Source: Xylanibacter ruminicola 23 (GTDB lineage: Bacteria; Bacteroidota; Bacteroidia; Bacteroidales; Bacteroidaceae). Taken from it: a stretch of DNA of 32,000 nt. The notes under the pieces were generated by a model. The model worked only from the letters and a program-made list of their open reading frames with translations, did no database searches and was not told the origin of the DNA. Positions 16,513-25,659 of this stretch are shown here, in pieces; position 1 is the stretch's first letter; every line of letters begins with the position of its first letter. The translations under genes were made by a program, and so were the position numbers. The stretch is taken from NCBI RefSeq assembly GCF_000025925.1, contig NC_014033.1:2880001-2912000 (forward strand), read 5' to 3'.

Positions 16513-19500
16513 AAAAGCACCCTTGGATAGCAGCTGCCTTTGGTGCAGCACTCGCACTGTTGCTGGCAGCAGTACTCATCTATAGTCGCCAGATTATACA
16601 GCAGCAGGCGATGGACGATGCCGTAAAATCGCTACAGCAGGTCATGGAGCGTACCGACCGTCATCTGCATCAGATAGAGGCCGCTGCTGACAGTCTGATT
16701 CCAAAGATTGAACAGCATATCGACCAGCCCGACATGATGTTTGCGTATAGCAGAGAGTTGCTGAAGCAGCACCCCGACCTGAAAGGCTGCAGCATCTCGT
16801 TCGATCCCTATTTCTATAAAGAGAAAGGTCAATATTTCTCGGCTTACTCGTATAAAAAAGGTAACCACATCGTAACCGAACAGGAGGGTAACGACAACTA
16901 TCAGTATTTTTATATGGACTGGTACGTTATCCCACGTATGCTGTACCACTCGTACTGGATAGAGCCGTTTGCCGAGAAGAGCACCAGTGGTATTGTGGTT
17001 AATGATATTATGACCTCGTACTGCCAGCCCATACAAGGTGGCCCCGATAAAACAGTGGGTATCCTCTCGGCCGATGTGCCACTGAGCTGGCTGGCCGATC
17101 AGATAGAAAACTATCAGCCCATGCCCAAATCGTATTGCATGCTGTTAGGTCGTGGCGGCTCCTACATTGTTCATCCCGACAGCACCCGTCTGCTGTACGA
17201 AACCATTTTCACCTCTACCATCGAGCATCCCGACACAGCCCTTACCTCATTGGGCCGTGCTATGACCGATGGCGAAACAGGTTACAAGTCATTACGACTG
17301 GATGGCGTAGATAGTCATGTATTCTACATGCCGTTCCGCCAAACAGGTTGGAGCATAGCCCTTGTATGCCCCAACGAGGTTATTCTCAGCAACTATCGCC
17401 TGTTGCTTTATTTCCTATTGCCACTAATTCTATTATCCATTATGCTCATGTTCATGCCTCTATGGCGCTTGCTGTTCCGCCGACGCCACTTTGCAGCCGT
17501 GCTGCTACCCTTGCTTGTACTAACTGCCACCTCGTGCCACAACAACCAGCCGAACAAACAAGAAGCCTCGGACCAACCCAGCCCCGAAGAAAAAGCCAGC
17601 GACAAAATTAGAGAACAGCTGGACGCGTACGAGGGCAACCGCTGGTTCCAAGTACTCGACAGTTTGGAACAGGCAGGCAAGATAGCCACCTGCCAAGCCG
17701 ATTATTTGAGGGCATCGAAATACGACGAAATGGAGCAGTTCCGTTCTGCCTTGATTTTCTACAACAAGGCCATCGAAGGCGACAAATTATTACACATCGA
17801 CAATGCACAATACTACGATGCCGTCATGGGATTGAGTACTATCTACCTGAATAACGATAACAATGTAGAGCTTGCCTTGGGAACTGCCACAAAAGGACAC
17901 GAGACTGCCAGTAAGGATAGTACCCTCATTGGACAAGACCATACAAACCAGTTCATCATGGAAATTGGCATGTGTCAAATGCGATTGGGACGCAACGACG
18001 AAGCAGTACAAACCTTTGAGAATGCCCGTCAGGGGGCCGAACAGCTAGCACAACGCTATCCACAAAGTCCCCGTTGCCAAGAAAGTTGCATACTGCTTGC
18101 CGCAAATATCATCAATTATTACATGAACATAGGCTGGTTCGATCGCGTAGAACCTTGGCTCAATATGATGGAGTTGGCACTTGAACGCTACGCCGCCACC
18201 AATGCACCTACACAAAAATACAGCAATTATCTGGCCACTCTTACTGGCGACAAAGCCATTATGTGGGCCATGACGGGGCATCCTGAAGAAGCCGAAGCCG
18301 CCTATCAGAAATTTCTATCCACCGATTATGCCAAATCTTTCCGTGGCGTATACGATCAGGCCTTTTATCTGGAAATGACCGAACAGTGGGAAAAACTGCT
18401 TTCTATTGCACTTCGTATAGATTCCGCCGAAATAAAAGAAGGCGTAACGCCTACCATCGACTATTTGATAACAAGCCCATCAACCTTATTTAAAGCGATG
18501 CTGAAAACTGGTCGAAAGGAAGAGGCTTTACAAAAAGCTGATCAAATTATCAATTTACTCGATACGGTTAAAGCCGTCCAACATCGTAGCGATGCCGAGG
18601 AGTTGGCTGTAATATACGAAACACAACAGAAAGAAGAAGAGATTGCCGCCCAGCGAGCCTCACTCAACAGTCAGCGCATGCAGGCCATCGTAGTAGTGGT
18701 ACTGTTGCTGTTGATATTCTTGGGTGTGCTGTTCGAGTTCTATCGCAAACTGCGCCGTGCCCACACGCTGCTTGAGATTAGCTATAACAACCTGGTGATA
18801 GCCAACGAACGCGCCGAGGAATCGTCAAAGATGAAGACCAACTTTATCCGTCAGATTTCGCATGAGATACGTACGCCACTGAATATCCTTAGTGGTTTTA
18901 CACAGATTATCACCATGCCCGATATGAAGCTCGACGAGGCTACCCGCACCGATATCAATCATAAGATTGTGGAGAATACCGACCGTATTACCGGTCTGGT
19001 TAACAAGATGCTGGAACTGAGTGACGCCAGCAGCCAGGCCGTTATCGACCGCACCGACAATGTGCTGGCCGTACAGATTGCGGCACAGGCCACCGATGCC
19101 AGCGAGGTTGCCAATGCCAAGCACCTGAAGTTCGACTTACAGGTTGGCGACGCCGAAGGCGCGGTAACCATCACCACCAACGAGCAGGCTGCTACCCGTG
19201 CGCTTACCATGCTGCTTGATAATGCCCGTAAGTTTACCCGTCCGGCCGAGGCTAAGAATGAAAAACAAACTGAACAGCAACAGGTTACGCTTACACTCAA
19301 AAAGACTGATAGCACCATCGAATTCATCGTTGAGGACACAGGTGTTGGTGTGCCCTTAAGCGAAGCAGAACATGTTTTTGATGAGTTTGTACAGTTGGAT
19401 GAGTACTACGAGGGTACAGGTATCGGACTTACCGTAGCACGTTCGTTGGCACGCCGACTGGGTGGCGATGTGGTGCTCGATACCACTTACACCTCGGGTG

Positions 19501-19532
19501 CCCGCTTTGTCATGACGTTGCCTTTGGCCTAA
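16509..19532 (+). CDS. Sensor histidine kinase with Cache-like and TPR-like extracytoplasmic regions (4 predicted TM segments)
   Basis: 1007-aa ORF with H-box FIRQISHEIRTPLN, N-box LLDNARKFT, G1 DTGVGV and G2 GTGIGL. Hydrophobic segments lie at about aa 5-25, 297-320, 327-342 and 724-747. The ATGA overlaps the binding-protein stop. Confidence 0.85.
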   Translation: MKKHPWIAAAFGAALALLLAAVLIYSRQIIQQQAMDDAVKSLQQVMERTDRHLHQIEAAADSLIPKIEQHIDQPDMMFAYSRELLKQHPDLKGCSISFDPYFYKEKGQYFSAYSYKKGNHIVTEQEGNDNYQYFYMDWYVIPRMLYHSYWIEPFAEKSTSGIVVNDIMTSYCQPIQGGPDKTVGILSADVPLSWLADQIENYQPMPKSYCMLLGRGGSYIVHPDSTRLLYETIFTSTIEHPDTALTSLGRAMTDGETGYKSLRLDGVDSHVFYMPFRQTGWSIALVCPNEVILSNYRLLLYFLLPLILLSIMLMFMPLWRLLFRRRHFAAVLLPLLVLTATSCHNNQPNKQEASDQPSPEEKASDKIREQLDAYEGNRWFQVLDSLEQAGKIATCQADYLRASKYDEMEQFRSALIFYNKAIEGDKLLHIDNAQYYDAVMGLSTIYLNNDNNVELALGTATKGHETASKDSTLIGQDHTNQFIMEIGMCQMRLGRNDEAVQTFENARQGAEQLAQRYPQSPRCQESCILLAANIINYYMNIGWFDRVEPWLNMMELALERYAATNAPTQKYSNYLATLTGDKAIMWAMTGHPEEAEAAYQKFLSTDYAKSFRGVYDQAFYLEMTEQWEKLLSIALRIDSAEIKEGVTPTIDYLITSPSTLFKAMLKTGRKEEALQKADQIINLLDTVKAVQHRSDAEELAVIYETQQKEEEIAAQRASLNSQRMQAIVVVVLLLLIFLGVLFEFYRKLRRAHTLLEISYNNLVIANERAEESSKMKTNFIRQISHEIRTPLNILSGFTQIITMPDMKLDEATRTDINHKIVENTDRITGLVNKMLELSDASSQAVIDRTDNVLAVQIAAQATDASEVANAKHLKFDLQVGDAEGAVTITTNEQAATRALTMLLDNARKFTRPAEAKNEKQTEQQQVTLTLKKTDSTIEFIVEDTGVGVPLSEAEHVFDEFVQLDEYYEGTGIGLTVARSLARRLGGDVVLDTTYTSGARFVMTLPLA

Positions 19533-20321
19533 CTAAATCAAGCCAAAGTGCTGCAGGGCCTTGCGCACACCCTCATCGTCAACCGATGCAGTAATGTAGT
19601 CAGCCTCAGCTTTCAGTTCGTCGATGGCATTACCCATGGCTATGCCCACACCAGCCTTGCGCACCATGGTACTGTCATTACCGCCATCACCAAAGGCCAT
19701 GGTATGGTCGGGATTCAGACCTAGATGTTTGGCCATAGCCAGCAGTCCCTCACCCTTATCAGCACCTAATGCGGTTACATCGGTAAATGCCGGATGCCAG
19801 CGCCCTGAGGTACAGCCTGGCACGCGTGCCATCAACTCTGCCTCATAATCCTTACTAAAGAAAGGTGTTATCTGCATAATACGCTGCTGTAGCACCTCCT
19901 CTACAGGCTTGGCTTTATCCAGATTCTCCACCGCTAAATGCTGACGGAAAATCTCATCCACCTGTCCCTGCGGGTCGAGCACAGCCACATCCTTTTCGCC
20001 AACCACTATCACACCATAGTTCTTTTCTATGGCATCATCCACTATCAATCGGGCCTCGTGTGGCGGAATACTCTTACATGCCACTACCTCATCGCCTACA
20101 AAACAGTAAGCGCCATTAGTAGTTACATACCCGTCGATCAGGTGCTCGATAGCACCCAGGTTGGTTATGATAATAGGTGGGCGCCCGGTAGCTATAAACA
20201 CCTTGTGCCCATTGGCCTTGGCCTGTGTAAGTGCCAGGATGGTAGAAGCGGGAATCTGGTGTGTCTCGAAACTCACCAGCGTACCGTCGATATCAAAGAA
20301 TAATGCGTAACTTGTCTGCAT
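19533..20321 (-). CDS. Cof-type HAD-IIB hydrolase
   Basis: 262-aa ORF with motif I FFDIDGTL and C-terminal motifs MAFGDGGNDSTM. Its stop abuts the kinase stop with no spacer. Confidence 0.85.
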   Translation of the reverse strand: MQTSYALFFDIDGTLVSFETHQIPASTILALTQAKANGHKVFIATGRPPIIITNLGAIEHLIDGYVTTNGAYCFVGDEVVACKSIPPHEARLIVDDAIEKNYGVIVVGEKDVAVLDPQGQVDEIFRQHLAVENLDKAKPVEEVLQQRIMQITPFFSKDYEAELMARVPGCTSGRWHPAFTDVTALGADKGEGLLAMAKHLGLNPDHTMAFGDGGNDSTMVRKAGVGIAMGNAIDELKAEADYITASVDDEGVRKALQHFGLI

Positions 20322-20327
20322 ATATGT

Positions 20328-21203
20328 TTATTTTTTAGGTCCCAGTGCCCGTCGGGTTTGCAACAGCACACTGAGCAGTATCAGGGCGATGCCGATATAG
20401 AACGAGAAGTTTATCTCGCGGCCCTCGCCAAAAATCAGGAATGCTAATATAATGGTATAGCAAGGCTCCAGGTTATACGTCAGGTTTACCGTAAAGGCCG
20501 AGAGTCGCTTCAGTGCCTGTATCTGTAGCAGATACATACCCACCGTGCAGAACAGCGCATGACAGAGCATCAGCCACAGGTTAGTACCATCGGGAATAAC
20601 CACCACAGGCTGGTTGCTGGGGAAGAAAGCCAGGTAGATGGGGATGATCATCGATACCAGCACGATACCACCCGACATCTGGTACATCAGCACCGTACGA
20701 CTACGCACACCCACGCTTGCCTTTTTATTGCAGATGGCATAGAGCGCACACACGGCACTCGACACCACACCAATGCCGATACCATAGCGGTAACGGGCAT
20801 CTAATGAAAAAATGCACAGCACACCCAGCACGGTAATGAGCGAGAACACCAACTCGGTAACCGACAGCTTGCGATGGTATATCAGCGGCTCGAAAAGGGC
20901 TGTAAAAAAGCCTACCAACGAGAAACAGATAACACCAATCGACACGTTCGAGGCCTTGATGCTACTGTAAAACAGTATCCAGTGCAAACCTAACAGCGCA
21001 CCGCAACCGCACAGTTGCAGAAACTTACGCCATCCCACACGTGGCAGTCCAGTAAACACCAGCAGGATTGCACTCGTAAACAGCATACGGTACCACACAA
21101 TATCAACCTCGTTCAGGGTAATCAGTCGTCCAAACAGGCCCGTAAAGCCTGCCAACAGCACACTCAGATGCAGTTGTATAAATCCACGTTGTGTTTCGTT
21201 CAT
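20328..21203 (-). CDS. DMT-superfamily (EamA-like) transporter
   Basis: Trimmed to MNETQRGF (ATG 21203-21201; the track start is GTG). It is a roughly 10-TM hydrophobic protein. 1-nt overlap (TGATG) with the upstream symporter. Confidence 0.75.
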   Translation of the reverse strand: MNETQRGFIQLHLSVLLAGFTGLFGRLITLNEVDIVWYRMLFTSAILLVFTGLPRVGWRKFLQLCGCGALLGLHWILFYSSIKASNVSIGVICFSLVGFFTALFEPLIYHRKLSVTELVFSLITVLGVLCIFSLDARYRYGIGIGVVSSAVCALYAICNKKASVGVRSRTVLMYQMSGGIVLVSMIIPIYLAFFPSNQPVVVIPDGTNLWLMLCHALFCTVGMYLLQIQALKRLSAFTVNLTYNLEPCYTIILAFLIFGEGREINFSFYIGIALILLSVLLQTRRALGPKK

Positions 21204-22630
21204 CACTCCCAGCACTCTAATTCGTTTTCTAACTCAGGTAACTGACTGCGGTGGAACATGGGTTCCTTAATGCCTGCACGCTTCTGCTGGCGGTAATCAT
21301 CAAGCAGCCGGAAAGCATAACGTCCCAACAGCACAATCGCTATCAGGTTACAAGCTGTAAGGAAAGCCATAAAAAAGTCAACGATGTTCCACACCAGTTC
21401 AAAGCTGGCCAACGCGCCAAAAATCACCATCACACCAGCCGAACAGATGCGGTAGGTTGTCATCACCTGTGCATTCGACGTAATGAAACGGATATTTGCC
21501 TCGCCGTAATAGTAGTTGCCGATGATACTCGAGAAGGCAAACAGGAAGATGGCAATAGCCACGAATATCGGTCCTAACGCACCTACCTCACTCTGCAAAG
21601 CCGACTGCGTGAGTGCGATACCATTCAGCTCTGGCACCTCGTACAGACCGCTAATCAAAATGATGAACGCCGTACACGAGCAAACCAGCAAGGTATCGGT
21701 AAACACGCCCAAGGCCTGAATCAAGCCCTGCTTAACGGGGTGCGATACAGCTGCTGTAGCAGCCACGTTAGGTGCACTACCCTCGCCCGCCTCGTTCGAG
21801 AACAAGCCACGCTTCACACCATTCATAATCGTAGCACCAATACCACCACCAGCTATCTGGTGTATGCCAAAGGCATCTTCTACAATCACCTTAAACACAT
21901 GTGGTATATGCTCTATGTTCATGGCAATAATCACAATGGCCAGAACCACATAGCCGATAGCCATCACAGGCACCAGCACCGCACTTACATGGGCAATACG
22001 CTGAATACCGCCAAACACGATAAACAAGCCCAGAACTGCCAATGCAATACCCACCCATACAGGATTCCAGCCAAAGGCCTCCTGCATGGCACCACAAATG
22101 GTGTTAGCCTGGATTGAGTTGTTCGACAGTCCGAACTGCAGCGTAATCAGCACCGCAAACGTAATGGCCATCCATCGCTGGTGCAAGCCATGCTGGATAT
22201 AGTACGCAGGACCGCCGATAAACGAGTCCTTATGTTTCTGCTTAAACAGCTGGGCCAAGGTAGATTCTACAAAAGCCGTAGCCGATCCGATAAGGGCGAT
22301 AATCCACATCCAGAACACGGCACCAGGTCCACCGATGGCAATGGCCGAAGCCACACCAGCCAGGTTGCCCGTACCCACACGCGTGGCCACACTCACGGCA
22401 AAAGCCTGAAACGAGGAGATATGCTTACGCTTGCCCTCTGTACCTTGATTCTTAACTTGGTCACCTACTGTATCAACAGCCGAATCGGTTAGCAACCTGA
22501 GCATCTCGCCCACCATCCGGAACTGCACAAAGCGTGTTTTAATAGTAAACCACACGCCACAGCCTACCAGCGCGGCAATCAGCACATAGCCCCAAACGGC
22601 ATCATTAATCTGAGTAATCAGTTCGTTCAT
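21203..22630 (-). CDS. Alanine/glycine:cation symporter (AGCS family)
   Basis: 475-aa ORF with AGCS-typical segments SSFQAFAVSVATRVGTGNLAGVA and GLFSNEAGEGSAP. Confidence 0.9.
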   Translation of the reverse strand: MNELITQINDAVWGYVLIAALVGCGVWFTIKTRFVQFRMVGEMLRLLTDSAVDTVGDQVKNQGTEGKRKHISSFQAFAVSVATRVGTGNLAGVASAIAIGGPGAVFWMWIIALIGSATAFVESTLAQLFKQKHKDSFIGGPAYYIQHGLHQRWMAITFAVLITLQFGLSNNSIQANTICGAMQEAFGWNPVWVGIALAVLGLFIVFGGIQRIAHVSAVLVPVMAIGYVVLAIVIIAMNIEHIPHVFKVIVEDAFGIHQIAGGGIGATIMNGVKRGLFSNEAGEGSAPNVAATAAVSHPVKQGLIQALGVFTDTLLVCSCTAFIILISGLYEVPELNGIALTQSALQSEVGALGPIFVAIAIFLFAFSSIIGNYYYGEANIRFITSNAQVMTTYRICSAGVMVIFGALASFELVWNIVDFFMAFLTACNLIAIVLLGRYAFRLLDDYRQQKRAGIKEPMFHRSQLPELENELECWE

Positions 22631-22650
22631 TTATGTTTAGTTCGTATTGT

Positions 22651-24165
22651 TTATTGCAAGGGTGTTAGTGGATAAATAATGTTCACTATAAATATGTTAG
22701 CTGCCAGTATGATAAGGTTCATCAGCAGTCCTATACGCATAAAATCGCTGAATCGGTAACCACCAGGACCGTACACCAGCATGTGTGTAGGCGATCCGAT
22801 AGGTGTGGCAAAGCTACTGCTCACGCTCACCATCAGGGCTATCAGGAATGGGTATGGCTCGTACCCCAACTTCTCGGCAGCCTCGTACATGATGGGGAAG
22901 AACATGGCACCGGCAGCAGTGTTTGATATAAACTCGGTGATAAACGTACCCACAAAGCAGATGGCAGTCATCACCACTATCGGGTTGGTACCACACACAT
23001 CCAGAATACCCATGGCCAGGCGTTCGGCAATACCCGTTTTCTGGATAGCCAGTCCCAGCACCACGCTACCAGCAAACACCATCAATATGTCCCAGTTAAT
23101 AGCGCGCATGGCCTGGTCGGGCGTACAGCAGTGCAGTATCATCATGGCAGCAGCGGCAATAAAGGCACAGTGCAGCAGTGGCATAATACCCAAGGCCGAT
23201 ACTGTTACCATCGCTATCATAATCAGCGCCGATATCAGTGTTTTGCTACCCACGTTAATCACCTCGTCGCCAACCTGCAAGCCACGCTCCTGGGCCAGCT
23301 GCAGTATATCTTTAATATGTCCGGCGTATGTCAGATGGTCACCTCCCATCACAAACTCGTTCTTGCTCAGCGCTACGGGTACATTATCAAAGTGTCGGAT
23401 CCTGATCAGTCGGCCGCCCTTCACATCGTACAGGCCAGCATAGTCGAGTGTCTCGCCAATAAACTTGTTGCTCGATGGCACCAGTAACTCTACGGTATAT
23501 TCGGCTGTATCCTCAAAATCCGACTCGGGTGCTTTTCTATCGGGCAACAGCTTACGCATGGCAATAATGCTCAGCACACCTACCAGCAAGCAGAACAAGC
23601 CTGGTATCGTAGTTGCCAACACGTTCATCACATGGCCCGTCTTATCGGCATACAGTCCACTGATAATCAGGTTGGGCGGTGTACCAATCAGCGTACACAC
23701 ACCACCCATACCCGAGGCATAACTCAGAGGGATAAGCAGCTTTGAGGGCGAGATGCCCAGCTTTTTCGACCACATTTTCACGATGCCCACAAACATGGCC
23801 ACCACCGTGGTATTACTCAAGAACGAACTCAGTCCGGCCACTGGCAGCATCAGTCGTATCACGGCCTTGCCGTAGCTGTTGGGTTGCCCTAACAGGTTTT
23901 TCACTATCCATTGCAGCACGCCGGTATAGGTAAGACCAGCCACTACCACAAACAATACTCCGATAACCACTACCGACGAAGAACTGAAGCCCGAAAACGC
24001 CTCTTTAGCATCGAGCACCCCTGTAACAAGCAATATGCCGATAGCAGCTAAAAACACTACATCAGCACGTAACTTAGTTACTAACAGCGTCGTAAACATA
24101 CCCAACACTGTAATGATTGTAATCCAAGCATGGAGATTAAACCCCCATAACAGTTCTGTTTCCAT
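22651..24165 (-). CDS. SLC13/DASS-type permease with a central TrkA-C (RCK-C) domain
   Basis: 504-aa polytopic ORF. The central soluble segment (YTVELLVPSSNKFIGETL...GGDHLTYAG) resembles TrkA-C. Confidence 0.8.
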   Translation of the reverse strand: METELLWGFNLHAWITIITVLGMFTTLLVTKLRADVVFLAAIGILLVTGVLDAKEAFSGFSSSSVVVIGVLFVVVAGLTYTGVLQWIVKNLLGQPNSYGKAVIRLMLPVAGLSSFLSNTTVVAMFVGIVKMWSKKLGISPSKLLIPLSYASGMGGVCTLIGTPPNLIISGLYADKTGHVMNVLATTIPGLFCLLVGVLSIIAMRKLLPDRKAPESDFEDTAEYTVELLVPSSNKFIGETLDYAGLYDVKGGRLIRIRHFDNVPVALSKNEFVMGGDHLTYAGHIKDILQLAQERGLQVGDEVINVGSKTLISALIMIAMVTVSALGIMPLLHCAFIAAAAMMILHCCTPDQAMRAINWDILMVFAGSVVLGLAIQKTGIAERLAMGILDVCGTNPIVVMTAICFVGTFITEFISNTAAGAMFFPIMYEAAEKLGYEPYPFLIALMVSVSSSFATPIGSPTHMLVYGPGGYRFSDFMRIGLLMNLIILAANIFIVNIIYPLTPLQ

Positions 24166-24197
24166 GATTTATCAGATTTGCTTATGTAACATGCGGA

Positions 24198-24205
24198 CAA
24201 AGGTA
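24198..24205 (-). promoter_or_regulatory. -7 box TAccTTTG upstream of the SLC13-AGCS-DMT array
   Basis: The minus strand reads GTACCTTTGTCC, 32 nt before ATG 24165. Confidence 0.4.
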
Positions 24206-24268
24206 CGTTTTTTCACCGAAAAGTGCAAGCAAATCTTGCTTTTTTTGCTAAACATGGGAAAATAGTTG

Positions 24269-24276
24269 TATCTTTG
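24269..24276 (+). promoter_or_regulatory. -7 box TAtcTTTG upstream of the DMT transporter
   Basis: It reads TATCTTTGCACCC, 20 nt before ATG 24297. Confidence 0.45.
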
Positions 24277-24296
24277 CACCCATAAACTTACTTAAT

Positions 24297-25193
24297 ATGA
24301 AGCGATTTCTACCTCATCTTATAGCATTTATAGTGGTGGCCATCTGGGGCGTCACGTTTGTGTGCACTAAACTGTTGTTGCTGGGCGGACTAACTGCAGC
24401 CCAGATATTTATTCTGCGATTTATTATCGCCTACTTGCTGTTGTTAGGCTATAGCCTGTCAAAGGGCATCCACTGGCTCAGCAACAGTTGGCGCGACGAG
24501 CTCAACATGATGGCTTTGGGTGTATTTGGCGGATCGCTCTACTTCCTCACCGAGAATAGCGCCATGAACTACACCACAACCACCAACACCAGCATCATCG
24601 TGAGTCTGTGCCCCCTGTTTGCATCAGCCATCATCGGTGCTTTCTATAAAACCGAGCGCCTTAATCGCTGGCAAACCGCTGGCACTGTTATGGCGTCATT
24701 GGGTGTTATCATGGTGGTGATGAACGGTCATTTTGTGCTCCACCTCTCGCCTTTGGGCGATGCGCTGGCCTTTGGTGCCTGCATGTGCTGGGCGTTCTAC
24801 AGTCTGCTGATTATCCCCGTTAGCAAGCGTTACCCCACGGTGTTCATTACCCGCAAGGTATTCTTTTACGGTCTGCTGTCCATGATACCCTATATCATCC
24901 TGCATCCCGACCTCAACATCCAGCTGGTCATCAACAAGCCCACGCTGTTAGCCAACCTATTGTTCCTGGGTTGTGTAGCCTCCATGCTCTGCTACGTGGC
25001 ATGGAACTGGGTACTTAAGCGTTTGGGGGCCGTGGTTGCCACCAACTACGTGTATCTCAATCCCGTTACCACCATCGTGTTTGCCTGGATGGTTCTTAAC
25101 GAGCAGATTACCGTATGGTTTATCATCGGTACTGTACTCATTCTGTACGGCATGTACCTGGTAAACACCAAGCGCCCCAAGTTATCGGCTTAG
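24297..25193 (+). CDS. DMT-superfamily (EamA-like) transporter
   Basis: 298-aa, roughly 10-TM ORF with two EamA-like halves. Its 3' end overlaps the bcp 3' end by 12 nt (convergent genes). Confidence 0.8.
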   Translation: MKRFLPHLIAFIVVAIWGVTFVCTKLLLLGGLTAAQIFILRFIIAYLLLLGYSLSKGIHWLSNSWRDELNMMALGVFGGSLYFLTENSAMNYTTTTNTSIIVSLCPLFASAIIGAFYKTERLNRWQTAGTVMASLGVIMVVMNGHFVLHLSPLGDALAFGACMCWAFYSLLIIPVSKRYPTVFITRKVFFYGLLSMIPYIILHPDLNIQLVINKPTLLANLLFLGCVASMLCYVAWNWVLKRLGAVVATNYVYLNPVTTIVFAWMVLNEQITVWFIIGTVLILYGMYLVNTKRPKLSA

Positions 25194-25640
25194 TATCTGC
25201 TCGGCGTGCTCCTTGGTCTTTACCTGCTTGCCGGCAAATATCTGCTCAATCACACCCTCCTCGTTAATAATAAAGGTGGTACGTATGGTGCCCTCGGTTT
25301 TCTTACCGTACATCACCTTCTCGCCCCAGGCACCCATTGCCTGCAGCAGTTCCTTGTCAACATCCGCAATCAACGGGAAAGGCAGTTCGTGCTTCTCCTT
25401 AAACTTCACGTGCGATGCTGCCGAGTCCTTACTCACACCCACCACCTCGTAGCCTGCCCCTTGCAGTTCGTTATAATGGTCGCGCAAACTACAAGCCTCA
25501 GCCGTACAGCCGCTGGTATTATCTTTTGGATAAAAGTACAACACCAACTTACGTCCACGATAATCACTCAAACGGATATCCCGTCCCTGTTCATCCTTGC
25601 CCAGAATCTCTGGCGCCTTATCACCAATATTCATACGCAT
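25182..25640 (-). CDS. bcp: Thioredoxin-dependent peroxiredoxin Bcp
   Basis: 152-aa ORF reading KLVLYFYPKDNTSGCTAEAC (peroxidatic and resolving Cys). An alternative ATG lies at 25634. Confidence 0.9.
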   Translation of the reverse strand: MRMNIGDKAPEILGKDEQGRDIRLSDYRGRKLVLYFYPKDNTSGCTAEACSLRDHYNELQGAGYEVVGVSKDSAASHVKFKEKHELPFPLIADVDKELLQAMGAWGEKVMYGKKTEGTIRTTFIINEEGVIEQIFAGKQVKTKEHAEQILSR

Positions 25641-25659
25641 TATAGTTTTATGTTCTCAA

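Noticed and set aside
24227-24250. Terminator-like hairpin gcaag-caaat-cttgc followed by a T run
   Set aside because: The stem is only 5 bp, and it sits in a divergent promoter region with no upstream gene on the plus strand to terminate.
20328-25193. The two DMT transporter genes as inverted duplicates bracketing a transporter island
   Set aside because: The two proteins share only family-level features, with no extended sequence identity. Nothing else suggests these are repeat boundaries.
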